Made by a program: the position numbers and the translations under genes
Shown here: positions 10,316 to 23,510 of the stretch, in pieces
Layout: each line of letters opens with the position of its first letter
How positions within the stretch are numbered: position 1 is the first letter of the stretch
Notes under the pieces: model-generated
Databases searched by the model: none
The model's input: only the letters and a program-made list of their open reading frames with translations
Told to the model about the DNA's origin: nothing
NCBI GenBank assembly: GCA_964057225.1
Contig: OZ059898.1
Span: forward strand, 11,780,001-11,844,000
Length of the DNA stretch: 64,000 nt
Origin: Auanema rhodensis
Lineage: Eukaryota > Animalia > Nematoda
Direction: 5' to 3'

Positions 10316-12946
10316 TTCAACTGTAAGTATAGTCATTAAAACATTCTTCTGCAATGTTATGCCGTTCGAAACTTGACTGGAACTATCACCTCTTTTACCC
10401 AAAACTTGAACAAGCTTGATTGATTGATTTTTCTATCATTTTCCCAGCATTTTTCTTTGATGAAGAAGAAAAATCAGATTTATCTTGCTGTTGTTCTCAT
10501 ATAAAATTTGTTCTCTTGTGCAAGTTGCTTAGAGCTAGTTTTTTAGCTTCGTCACCCTTCGCTGTGAGCATAAGTTGACCTAAGCTTTAACAATATATAT
10601 CTTAGAACATTGTCTTGACAACAAAAAACGTTGTTGATTATTCAATTTACAAAGAGTAAATCAAAGATTTTAAAATCTTCTTTAACTAAATGCCTTGGTA
10701 GCTTACTATTCGAACTAGAATATTTACTTTGTGCTCTTCTCTTACCCTATTTGCTTACCTATCTATCTATCTATCTGCAAATCAACCTCAGAAGGTAAAC
10801 TGCCGACGGCGGCAGCCACAGAGACAGAGAACTAGCATTGTACGTCTTCTTAACATCACCTTCCATCATGTTTTCCCGAAGAAAAAAGGAACTAATAATT
10901 GATCCGTAAGTTTATTTCAAGATATTTCCTATCTATTCATCATATTTCCACACATACATTGTTCAATTTACTCAACTAAACTATTTTTGGACTTTATTCA
11001 TATTGTGGACTTAAGGTTATATTAATAAACAAGTAAGGATTAATGCAAACAAGTTCAAGTTTTGAAGAAATTTTCCAAAATTTCTATGATTTTCTGCATT
11101 CCACTATCTATCTATCTATCTATCTATCTTCTTTAAGTAATTTTTGATGCTTGATTATTCATTGGATTTTGTTGCATTTGCTTTGAAATACTACAGCAAT
11201 TACTTTTTTTTTCCGTATAAGACCTTTATTCTAATACTTATTATGAAGTAATTGTTATTGTTCATATTCTTTATTAAATAACATTTTATATTTAACATAT
11301 AAAAAATATTGATATCATTAATCTAGTTATCAGCTGGTTTTGTGGTTGAAAAGGAGGCAAAAAAAAACTGAAATGTTAGCTGTTTTTCCTATTATTTTGA
11401 ATATTTTTATATGCTATATACGTCTAAATTGTGATATAAATCAGTATTTATACTATAATATTAATTCTTTAATACATTTATAGAGATATTTCTTTTTAAT
11501 ATAATCATATAAGCTATTTGATATTAAATCTAAAATTAGAGATATTAGATGATCATACTTGAATGCATATACTATATTTCTGGTGCTTCTCACCATGATA
11601 TGTTATGCTTCTGGAGCTTCTGACGATGATTGTCGAACATTATCCAACAAAAAAAATGTTAAAGCAGGAAGAAGATGAAGTTGCAAACATATATGGATAG
11701 AAAACATTTGTGTAGACCATAGTATTCATATGGAATATCATGATGATGCTTTGTCTTTGCAACCAATTTGTTTTCATAAAGTTTGCTCTGCTGTCCAAAA
11801 GTCTTGGTAATTTTATTGAAAATGAAATACATAGCTGATCAAATGTTGTCTTCTTCTTCCTTCTTTTTATATTTTTTTTTGCTGTCTGCATATGTGTCAC
11901 AATTAATTGTTTAAAGATGCATCCTAATCAGTTATTTATGAATATTCTGCTATTTGAAAACATTTTTTAACAAAAAAAAATAAACGAAGTATTAAGCTAT
12001 GTGAATGAGTGAGCGTAAGTATGACAATATGCTGTTGCTGATGCTGATGCTGTTGCTGATGCTGATGCTGCTGTTCATGCTGATACTGATGCTTCTTTAT
12101 GTGTTTCAAATACTACTTAATAATAGTTCTTCTTTCTAAAGAACATTTTCCACAATCACATTCAATCTTTATCACTTACGAGCAGTCTTGAGCCAATTTC
12201 TGTTTTCTTTTTAACAAATATTACGTCTGTTTCCAGCTGTTACATTCTTGTATCTCAATAAACGATTATCACTTTCTCTTAGATTTCTCATTTCAACATG
12301 TTCATGCCTAATGAATTTCAACTAACTTAGTAAGTTTAAACTTTATTTTTAGCTTTTTTAAGCTTTCAAAACCTAATTTAACTATTTGGATATGGAAACT
12401 AGAACTTTGTTTTCGTCTTCAAAACGTTATGATACATTGACCTATGGTACATACACACAAGACACTACATTCGATTCAGTATGTGTTTGTTGCGAATAGC
12501 CAATGTAAATCACGCACATTAGCTTAGCCAACCAAGTTTTGCTCTCTTCATGTATCTCTCAAGGGATGGAGAAAGTTTTTCGAATCAAGCTTTAGAAAGA
12601 TTGTTTAAGAGAATAGAAGAGAGCACAGAAAAATGAATGAGCATGAGTGAAGGACTAAAACGGACGGAGATTTATCTAAAAAAATGGATAAATAGTTGTT
12701 TCACTTGGTCAGAGTATTTCAAAATGCTGACCAAACGATGTAAACGAATAGAAATACGAGTCTAATGCAAGCCAAGATGAGACGTTTTTGGTCTCAATGT
12801 ATGCTTTTGCAATTTCATTAGTTTCTTTTTTTGTCTTTAAATCTGTTCTATATTCTTTTCTAACCTCACTTTCAGTCAATTCTTGTATTATAGTTCTCTC
12901 TCTCTTCTTGTCTCTTTCTCTCTCTCTTCACGTCTCTCTCTTCACG

Positions 12947-13023
<77 letters not shown>

Positions 13024-14181
13024 TTAACTGTTTTCAATACCTGTCATACTTACTGATTTGAATAATTGCCAAATTTTTTAACGAAAAACCTGAGAAATAA
13101 CAGATTTTTGTCTAAATTTAGATTAATTTACATGTTTATGAGATTTTTTATTGAACAAAACTGATTTACAACGCTTTTTGTTTCCTTTTTTTTCAATTTT
13201 CAATATAAATATATTCTTATATACTATATATGTACATATATTCATATGTATCTCTTTCTAGTACATTCTGTATTTTTCTCTAATTCCTCTTAAAGTTTAC
13301 ATTTATATTCAATCTCCCTCTCTCTATAATTGCTCAGATTCAACTTATATAAGCTATTCCTTAATCGTTCAAGTTTCACCCTAACTTGTATTATAATGAC
13401 TCCAACAAATTATTATAAATATGATATCAAGCTGTAAGTTTTCAAGTTTTTATAAATTTTTTCATAAAAAATTTCAAGTTCTTTTCCATTTCATGCAACA
13501 GTTGTAGCTTGTGAACTGTTGTTTTCATGTGATTGAGATGAATCGTCTGCTCGAATGTCATTTTCAATCAAATTTAATTTCACGATGTTGTCTCGTGGAC
13601 AAAGCTTTTCCATTTAAAGCATATTTCTATTCGAAAATGTCTCAAATATGGTTTAGAAAACTATTGTCAAGACCTTTGCTCCTGATATTCATGAGTTCCC
13701 CCTATTTGATAGTTTCCTCAATGCTCGTGTATAATGCTGATACATGTGTCTATATTCTTTTAAGTAATGTTTAACCTTTCAAACAATGAACTTGACTGAC
13801 AGGCGAAGATAAAAAGAAATTTAGAGAGACATAGTGTGAGAAATGAGGAAAGAAAGAGAAAGAGGGAGAGAGAGATAGAGAGAGAGAGAATCCATTTACG
13901 CTCCTTTACTCAAAGCTTATTCTTGCTTAGTAAATCTAGTTCGTCTTGTTTTATTATAAAGTACATAATAGATCTTGTAAAGAGAAAGCAATCAACTGTT
14001 AGTAATTAATATATTTTTTTCTTTTTCCTTCTTCTTCTTCTTTCATTCATTATGTTGCTTATGAATTCTGAGTTCGTTTTGATGTTTTCAAATTGAAATG
14101 GTGAGATCTGAAAAAATTAATTAGTTCATTTCATAGTTATAAGTATATATCTGAAGAGAATAATAAGTTTGAGGGATAAAC

Positions 14182-14214
<33 letters not shown>

Positions 14215-15273
14215 AATAGAGAGAAAGAGGTAATAAGCAAATGAAAAGGAAGATGAAATGAAAGAGTAAATGATAGTATGAGGAAGACGAAAAAATTAAA
14301 ATAGGGGAGTAGAATAGGGAATATAGAGAGAAGAGAGAAATAGAAACAGTGAGCTTGTCTGTGTGTGTGTGGATGTGATGAAGCCTTGTGGCTAGTCGAT
14401 TTCTTTTGGACATTATCCATTTCATTTAGTCTATTCAGCTTCATATGTATAAGCTATGGGTTTGCTAAATGTATCAGATAGCAGCTATATTCTAACCTTT
14501 TGAAGAAATTCAATAAGTATATTCTCTCTATATTTTATAAAATGACCACAAACTCTATGGATTAACTATGTCTTCTATGCTAAATTTATAATATTATGCC
14601 TTTTTTAAATTTTTATTTTTAATCTATCATCTGTTATATGTTTTTATCCAATTTCTTAAGAAAATCAATTCTTTTCTCATTTGAACTTTTTTTATGTGTT
14701 CTTTTCTTTAAAAGCTTTAAAATCTGGAGTAGAAAGAAAGAGAGAGAGAGAGAGAAATAGAGAGAAAGAGGTAATAAGCAAATGAAAAGGAAGATGAAAT
14801 GAAAGAGTAAATGATAGTATGAGGAAGACGAAAAAATTAAAATAGGGGAGTAGAATAGGGAATATAGAGAGAAGAGAGAAATAGAAACAGTGAGCTTGTC
14901 TGTGTGTGTGTGGATGTGATGAAGCCTTGTGGCTAGTCGATTTCTTTTGGACATTATCCATTTCATTTAGTCTATTCAGCTTCATATGTATAAGCTATGG
15001 GTTTGCTAAATGTATCAGATAGCAGCTATATTCTAACCTTTTGAAGAAATTCAATAAGTATATTCTCTCTATATTTTATAAAATGACCACAAACTCTATG
15101 GATTAACTATGTCTTCTATGCTAAATTTATAATATTATGCCTTTTTTAAATTTTTATTTTTAATCTATCATCTGTTATATGTTTTTATCCAATTTCTTAA
15201 GAAAATCAATTCTTTTCTCATTTGAACTTTTTTTATGTGTTCTTTTCTTTAAAAGCTTTAAAATCTGGAGTAG

Positions 15274-15355
<82 letters not shown>

Positions 15356-15761
15356 GGAGAGAAAAGGATATAAGCATTGAGAATAAGGGTGAAACAACTT
15401 GAGAAACTTGTCATAATCATATGTTTTCTATCTTAAACTTTAAGATTCAACTATATTTTGTTTTATATTTCAATAATATAATTCACATAAATGGTTAATT
15501 TTACTGTTTCTTTTGTTTTTATTATTTTGAACAAAGTTTTTCGAAGCTTCATGCTAGGTGTAACTTAAGTTTGTCATTATGATAATGAACTAGAAATATT
15601 CTTCAAAATTCAAATGAATATTCTCATTGAAATTCAATTTATATTTCGTTTTTGCTGTTTCCTATCCATAGCAACAACACTGATCCATTTCATAATTTAT
15701 ATAAAAAAACGTGTTTTTGTGCTCCACCTTCATCGGATTAGATGTCATTCTTCGATTTTAC

Positions 15762-15833
<72 letters not shown>

Positions 15834-18800
15834 TCTATCTCTTTCTTTGATAAAAAAGGGAAAGAAGATGAAGTTGTTGAAAAGATGGACAATATGATTT
15901 TAATTAATTATGAATAGTTGTATAATTTTTATTATATTTCTATACTACATATACATATATTTCTAATATTTTGTATTTATCATATATTAATCTACAAATA
16001 TTTATAATTATACTAATTATGTATTCTGTTTATATTTATTATTTTTAGTAAAGAATAACAAAACCTGACAAAATCATATTTTAGCTTTTTCACTTCATCG
16101 ATAAAGATAGGAAGAGTTGTATGTATACATGTTGAAATATGTTTTTTTATCTTTTATTTCATTTCTTATAAATAATTTATAATATTCATTTGACATCTCC
16201 TTATATAGAATTAACTATATGTATATATTCTATTTTCTCAATATTTCTTCTGTCTTCTATTTTATGTTTAATAAGCTTTTTGCAGTTTTGTTTTTGAAAC
16301 GAAAAATAGCTCAAGACAACATTCAAGATTTAATTACTTTAACTTCAAATCTATAAATATATTCCTTTTTTTGAATTAAATTATCTTCTTCCTCTTCTTA
16401 TTTCACTTTCCCTCTATTCTGCTTTGTCACGAAAAAAATATTTTTTTTATTCAGTTGAGTTATTCTCAAAATTCCTATTAAATTTTTTTTTGTTTAATCT
16501 CTCTTAATACCAAATATTATTTATTTATTTGTTGTTAATTTTGTTATTTACATGAATTTCTTTCTTTTTTTTTTAGTTCAATTTACAATATTGGATTTCT
16601 CTAAAGCATTAAGCTTAGTTTTCAACTTTTTTGTTCAAAATTGCTACTTATAAGTTGCAACTTACTCTGGAAAGGACTAGAAACAACAACAGAGAGAAAG
16701 AGAGAGAGAAAGTAATCACACAACTACTACAATTGGATCGAAGAAGGACAGAGGCGAAAAAGCCTAATTAAAGGATGCTAGATGATGAAGAGGTTCAAAG
16801 AAATGCAGGAGATACTACAATCGATAGTCAGCTACTTCCCGAAGCAGCACCAACTGAAAATACCGGCTTTCAAGCTCGAAGAGTTACTTCATTCACAGAC
16901 GGATTGTATGTCCATCATTCATCTTTAATATATTTTTAAACAAATTTGAGCAAGCTAGTACATATCCAGCTTCCAGCTTACAAACTTAGAAACCTCAACT
17001 TACTCGTATTCGTGTATCTTATTCAAATGCTCTCATCTGCAAAGCATAGTTAATAAGCATTTGTTGGGAATACTACCAAACATAGTAGATTCACGTTATC
17101 TCATTTTCAATTCCATTTGGCTGGTCAAGCGGTCGGTTTTTCGCTTTTTTTTTGTTTCCACTCCGTATATATCGGAAAAAAATCGAATTTTTTGAGCATT
17201 GCATGCACATAACCTATTCCAATTCATGCTTTTCATTATTTTTTCTTTAAATTCTCTGCAATTTTTCTTTAATTTTTAGTCTTTAAGTTAGGTTGTTAAG
17301 TTAAACTTCCGTTTTTTTTCACAAAATGCTCACGAAAATTCAAATGAGTGTTGAATGAAGCAAAGAATTTCTATTCCTTCCTCAATTTTCAACAAATATC
17401 TACCTCATTCTGCTATTTAAACTCATTTTCTGGATCTATCTTCGACGATTTCATCAAAAATAATAATATTTTTTCTCTAAAACATCAATTACATTGAGAA
17501 AAAGTTGTCCTAATTCTATACGAATTCATAAATTTACGAAATGAACATGAAACAAGATCATAAGCAGATGAGGTATTTTCAAATATTGTTGTCCAACCAT
17601 CAAAACCCGGAACTGAAATTTCTTTGTAAAGAAACATTAAGTAAAGAAACTTCTTAACTTATTCTTTTAGTTAAATTTTATTTTTTTTATTCAAAATAAC
17701 ATATAGTTATTCTATTTTGAAAAAAATATATATATATAAGATTAAGAAACAAATCTCTTCTATTCATACTCCTCTGACTACACATGTCAAGCTGTAGTCC
17801 TCGTATTGATCCTTCGCATTATGACAGAGAAGATACAAACCAAAAAAAGTCTTAAGATTTCTCTAGTCGATAGCTGTTTTCCTTATTTTTATTTTCTGAA
17901 ATAAAAATAAAAATACGTTAACTATACTATTTTTTTATGAAAAAAAAATGTTTTTATATATATATATATATATATATATTAATAATATTGATTTTTATAT
18001 ATTAAATATACATATAAATCAAATTCTTATCAAAAAAAAATAATAAAAAAATAGTTTTATTTCAGAATTTTTGTTAAAAATCAATGTTTTTCATTTGAAA
18101 ATTCAAATTAAAACTTTAATTTAGGATGTATGAAATATAAAAATTTAATAAAAACATATTATTAAAGATATTATATTGATAACCATACATACATATATAT
18201 ATATATATTTAACTATAAAGTTCAAATAATAATAAAAAAAAGAAAATAAATAAATATTTCAATCGTTTTCTTATATTGATTGATTTTTCTATTTTAGTGC
18301 CCGTATGCAGTATGGTGTTGATACTAGTTTCAAATCAAGATTACAACAATATTTCATAGAAAATCAGAAATCAAGTAAGTTTGTTTGTTTATTTGTTGAT
18401 TATTAAACTTTATAAATTATTATAATTATCATAATAAGCATAATTAATTAATTATTTAAGGTTTACGTATAAGGTTATTTAACGTATTCATCAAAGTATT
18501 ATCATGTATACTATATTGTGTTCGTGTTGTTAACGATAATGGTGATTTACCTGATCATGTAGAACATGTAAAGCGTGGACCTGATGATATTAAGCTGTAA
18601 GTTTTTCTTCTTTCAGCTTAATTTCATAATTTGTAACATATTCTGTTATAATTCGTATTATATTTGATTCCAGAGAACAGCTTACTTGGATTCAATGTAG
18701 CTATGAATTATGGTTTATACAAACTATTGTGGCTTTTATTTCTATTGTAGAAACTATTTTAATATTTTATATAAGTTATCAGGTAATTTAATTATTAAAT

Positions 18801-21800
18801 AAATAAATAAATATATAAATATTTAGGGAAATATTGTAAAATTATTATATAATGTTCATTTTTTGCTTGAAATAGTCACAAGTTGTCCATTTATTTTTAG
18901 TGTAAGTTTTATATATTTTTTTGTTACAAAAAAAGTTAATTATAATATATAATTTAGATATTTAATCCACATCTTCGACAACTATTTGTGCCAGCTTTCT
19001 TAAATTGTTGGCTAGCAAAAAGTGCTTTACAAGCTATGATGGTAATGCTGTGAAAGTTAGAGCTTAAGATGTGATGATTTATGTTTAGAATGATTTGAAT
19101 AGAGTTGCTTTCATGTCACAATCAGCACTTTTTACTCAAATGTTTCTGCTTTTTACAACTTTAATATGTTTAGTATTTACAGGTAAATATAAATTATATA
19201 AAGAAGATAATCATAATTTTATTTGAAAGGAATGTGTACGATTGAACATATGCAAAGAGGTGGTGGAAGACAATTTGATTTATTTAATAGTTTTTACTTT
19301 GTAATGGTCACATTATCAACTGTTGGATATGGAGATTTGTATGTTATTTTCATTTTTTAGTTTTCATTTAATTTCCTTTTGAAGTTATCCGGATAATTGG
19401 ATGTCACGATTATGTGTTGTTATTCTTATTTGGTTTGCCTTGATTCTTCTTCCTTCTCAGGTAAATCATATTCAATATTCTTTTGATTTCAAATGCTTTT
19501 TGTAGTATTTTTAAGTTTTATTCTAAAAAATTATTTGAAAACTTAAAACTTGACATGAATTTGAATTGATTTCAGTTGGAATCTCTTGGTCAAACTTGGT
19601 CAGAAAGACAGAAATCTGGTGGAGAGTACGGTAGTCAATGGTCAGCTGAAAAGCATGTTGTCGTCACAATAACTCATTTGGAAGTGGAATTCATTAGAGA
19701 TTTTCTTGATGAATTCTATGCTCATCCAGAGAATCAAGTATGCTTACCATGAGATTCATCTGAAATGATGTTTGTTATTCATTTAGAATGTTGATGTTGT
19801 TCTCTTATCACCAGCTGAATTGGATAATCAGATGAGACTTCTGTTGAAAATACCATTATGGAGTCAGAAGGTTTACTATGTACGAGGTAGCTCTCTACGT
19901 GATGAAGATCTTGAAAGGTTAGAATGTTTTCCGAGAATTGGGGTAAATCATCATCTCTTTTCAGAGCCAAGTTATCAACAGCCAGAGCTTGTTTCATCTT
20001 AGCTGCCAGACATGTAAATCGAAAGATTGTTACGGTATGTGACTATTACTTGTTGATTAATCTATGATTTCCTTATTAAACTTATTGAACTTGCCTTTCA
20101 AACTGATCTCATTTGATTTCTCAGGATGAACATACTATTCTACGATCGTGGGCTGTGAAAGATTTTGCTCCAAATGTTAAGCAATATGTTCAAATTTTCC
20201 GTCCAGAAACTAAAATGCATATAGAGCACGCTGGTTTGTAAACTTATCACTCATACATGTTTTTTTGTAATTTTGTTTTTCAGAAGTTTTGGTTTGTGAA
20301 GATGAGTTCAAGTATGCTCTGCTTGCTAACAACTGTATTTGTCCCGGAATTTCAACCTTTATCACACTTTTGGTTCATACATCAAGAGGAGAGTATGTGT
20401 TTTTACTTCATTTCTGCTTAATCTTTCTTGTTACTTCTCTGTAGAGAAGGCCAGAAATCAACTGAGCCATGGCACAAAGTCTATGGATTCCATTCTGGTA
20501 ATGAGCTGTATCATATTCGCGTTGAAGACAGCAAGTTCTTTGGTGATTATGTGGGCAAAACGTTCACATATGCTTCTTTTCATGCTCATAGATCGTATGT
20601 TCTTTCTAAGCAACTTGATTATCTTTATTTCCTTTTGTTCCAGATATGGAATCGGTTTGATTGGTGTGAAAACCAATGAACATAACGCTAAAATGAGTCT
20701 GAATCCGGGAACCGCTCATGTTCTCGAAGGGACTGACATTTTGTATTATATGGGATTAACAAATGAAGAATCTCTTTATGATTTCCGAAAAGATCTTAAA
20801 ACTCAACAACGACGTGCGAACGTAGCATCCACGATTGCCAATATAGGTAGGTCAAACAGTATTAGATATCTGGTATTACTGCGAACGGTTAACGTGCAGC
20901 GATGTCCGAGTGGTTAAGGAGTTGGACTTGAAATCCAATGGGCATTGCCCGCGTAGGTTCGAACCCTGCTCGCTGCGATAGTTTTTGGTTTTTGTGAGAA
21001 ACAATTATAAGAGTTTTTTCCGGTTTAATTAATCTGATTAATTAAATATTTTCTCAAATTATTCAAATTAAGTTTTAGTAATGCATGAAAATTGTTTTTG
21101 AAGTTTAAAGTTTTCAAAATCAAGGTCTTATTCAGAAATTCAAAGATCAGTTCAATTATTTATTGTTTTTAGTATTTTACTTTTCTTTATTTCTTATAAT
21201 ATTTTTATATTTTTCAGGAAGTGTAGCTGTTGATGTGCCAGCTTTAGAAGAAGGACGAAAGAAAGTTCAGAAGAAGCGCGGTTTACTACAGAAAGCCAAG
21301 GTAGGATCTTTGACAACTGCCTTCCACTCTTATCAAAACATAATGTTCAGGCTACTGATGAAGTGAGATTAATCGAAGTTCCTGCTGAAGCAAGCCGTCG
21401 GCCATCTATCGCTATGGTCATGGAAGCTCATAATTCGTCAAGTGATGAGGATGATGATGAGCAATGTGACACATGTCGGGGAGTGTGCATCCAAGAAAAG
21501 TAACTTTACTGACATCAATGAATGTTACTAAGCCAATCTGATACCAATTTCAGGTTACAGAAGTCATATCCTCAAGTTCGTACATACATTGGAACATCTA
21601 ATACTATATGTCATACAATGAAAGAAAAACGACCAATGTGCTGCTTACAGCTCGACAAATCCTGTGCTCATTGCACACACACTGCAGCATACTCATACAA
21701 CTGGCGTAATCGCCCAATCATTCTTGCAGCTGATCGTACAAGCAGTGGAATGTATAATCTTCTTATTCCTTTAAGGTAAATTGAATTAAGTATTATATGA

Positions 21801-23510
21801 TATAGTATATAATCTTTTCTTTTATCACAGGGCTTACTATAGACCAGCACATGATCTCTATCCTATTATCTTATTATTAGAACTTGATGAAACTGATGAG
21901 CCCAATATAGCTTTCTTGGATGCCATCTCATATTTCCCGGAAGTGTATTGGATGAAAGGAAAAATTTCAAAGTATATCGCATTCCTATAAAACTTATGCT
22001 CATATTATTTCTTGCAGCTTAGACAAATTGCTGATTGCTGGCGTAGCTCATGCGGAACAAGTTGTTGTCGTAAAGGAATCAGCATCATTGGCCGAAGAGC
22101 ATTTTGCTGATTGCAGTACGATCATTACAGTTCAAAAGATTCATAGGTTAATTTCGATGTTGTACGTTCTCTTACTAAACATACTGTTCAGAATGTTCCC
22201 AACTCTTCGTATGATTACTGAGTTAACCCATGCGTCCAACATGCGTTTTGTTCAATTTAATCCAAATGATCCATATTCACTGGCACAATCTCGCTTTGAA
22301 AAGGTTATTTTATTGTTTATTTTAAGAACAAACTTATCTTTTTATCTGAAATATTTTCATAAATTCTTTAATTTTAAAAAATATTTAGAAAGAAAGAAAA
22401 CGAGGATCTCATATGCCCTTCATGTTCCGTTTACCATTTGCACAGGGAGGTGTATTCAGTGCTAATATGCTTGATCGGTATAATAAGCTTTTCCTTCGAT
22501 TTTTACTAACATTGAAAGAAATGTTATAGCTTGCTCTATCAATCGCTTATCAAACCCTATGTGGTTGAACTTAGTCGTCTTCTCTTAGGAATTGATCAAT
22601 CTGCTGGCAGTGGTTTCCTAACATCAGTAACATCATCAAGCTTCTTATTCACAATCTAAGCTTATATACTTTCAGTTTGTAATAACCAAAGAAGATCTTT
22701 GGATTAAAACATATGGACGCCTATATCAGCAGCTTTGCTCAACTGTATCAGACATTCCAATCGGTATATTCCGAACAAAGCTCATGGACTCCAAAACGGT
22801 AAAATTGATGATCATTTACTAACGAAAACAAGGAATTATTTTTGAAAAATTAGAATATTTTCTCATTTTTTCAGGTTAGCAATGCGGTAAGTTTCATATT
22901 TTAGAATATTTCATTAATCAAGTTGTATCATGTTGCTCATACCTTGCACATGCACACCTTATAGTAGAAACATCCTAGTTTTCATTTTTAATAATTTCAA
23001 TTAACCTTATTAAATTTTAAAAAATTAAATTAATAATTAGTAATATTCTAGGTTTCATTGGATCTTGAACGAAGATGCTGCTCAGTAGACTATGAACAAG
23101 CTGCTTATGCTCATCGGAAAGATATGTATGATCATGTAAAAAATAAAATGAGAAACTTGGGAATGTCTTGTAGTACAGATGGTTTGAAATATTTTGAATT
23201 CAGCTTCAATAACTTCTTGAATTTGAGGATTAGATGGAGATGAAGATAAGAATAATGTGATTTCGTTTGTAATCATCAATCCATCTGTTGATTTACAACT
23301 AGAGGAAGGGGATATTGTGTATGTTTCAGTAACTAATGATATAATGATTTGTTTTATTTCAGTTATGTTATAAGATGTCCTATAAGGGAAAATGCAAAAA
23401 CGAGTAAAATAAATCCAAGACGTGGTCTCAGACGAGGAAGAAATGTTCGTGAAACACTAGATACATTGGATTTAGCTGATTCAAGCGTTAAATTGCCAAC
23501 ATTATTGTAA
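10051..23510 (+). CDS. slo-2: SLO-2 (Slack/KCNT-family) potassium channel, about 28 shared exons plus alternative first exons
   Basis: Shared exons start at 18298. [19 protein letters not shown] (S1), [10 protein letters not shown] pore (~19308-19338), RCK motifs [67 protein letters not shown] at 23508-23510. The start shown is the most distal candidate first exon (10051-10220, after TTTCAG). Confidence 0.93.
14204..15285. repeat. Direct tandem duplication, 2 x 541 bp, bounded by (GA)n tracts
   Basis: 14211.. equals 14752..; the duplicated ORF-track entries are offset by 541. Confidence 0.92.
20896..20977 (+). tRNA. tRNA-Ser(TGA) in slo-2 intron 20847-21217
   Basis: GCAGCGA/TCGCTGC acceptor stem, CT-TGA-AA anticodon loop, long variable arm GGGCATTGCCC, GGTTCGAACCC, T5 terminator. 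Confidence 0.96.
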
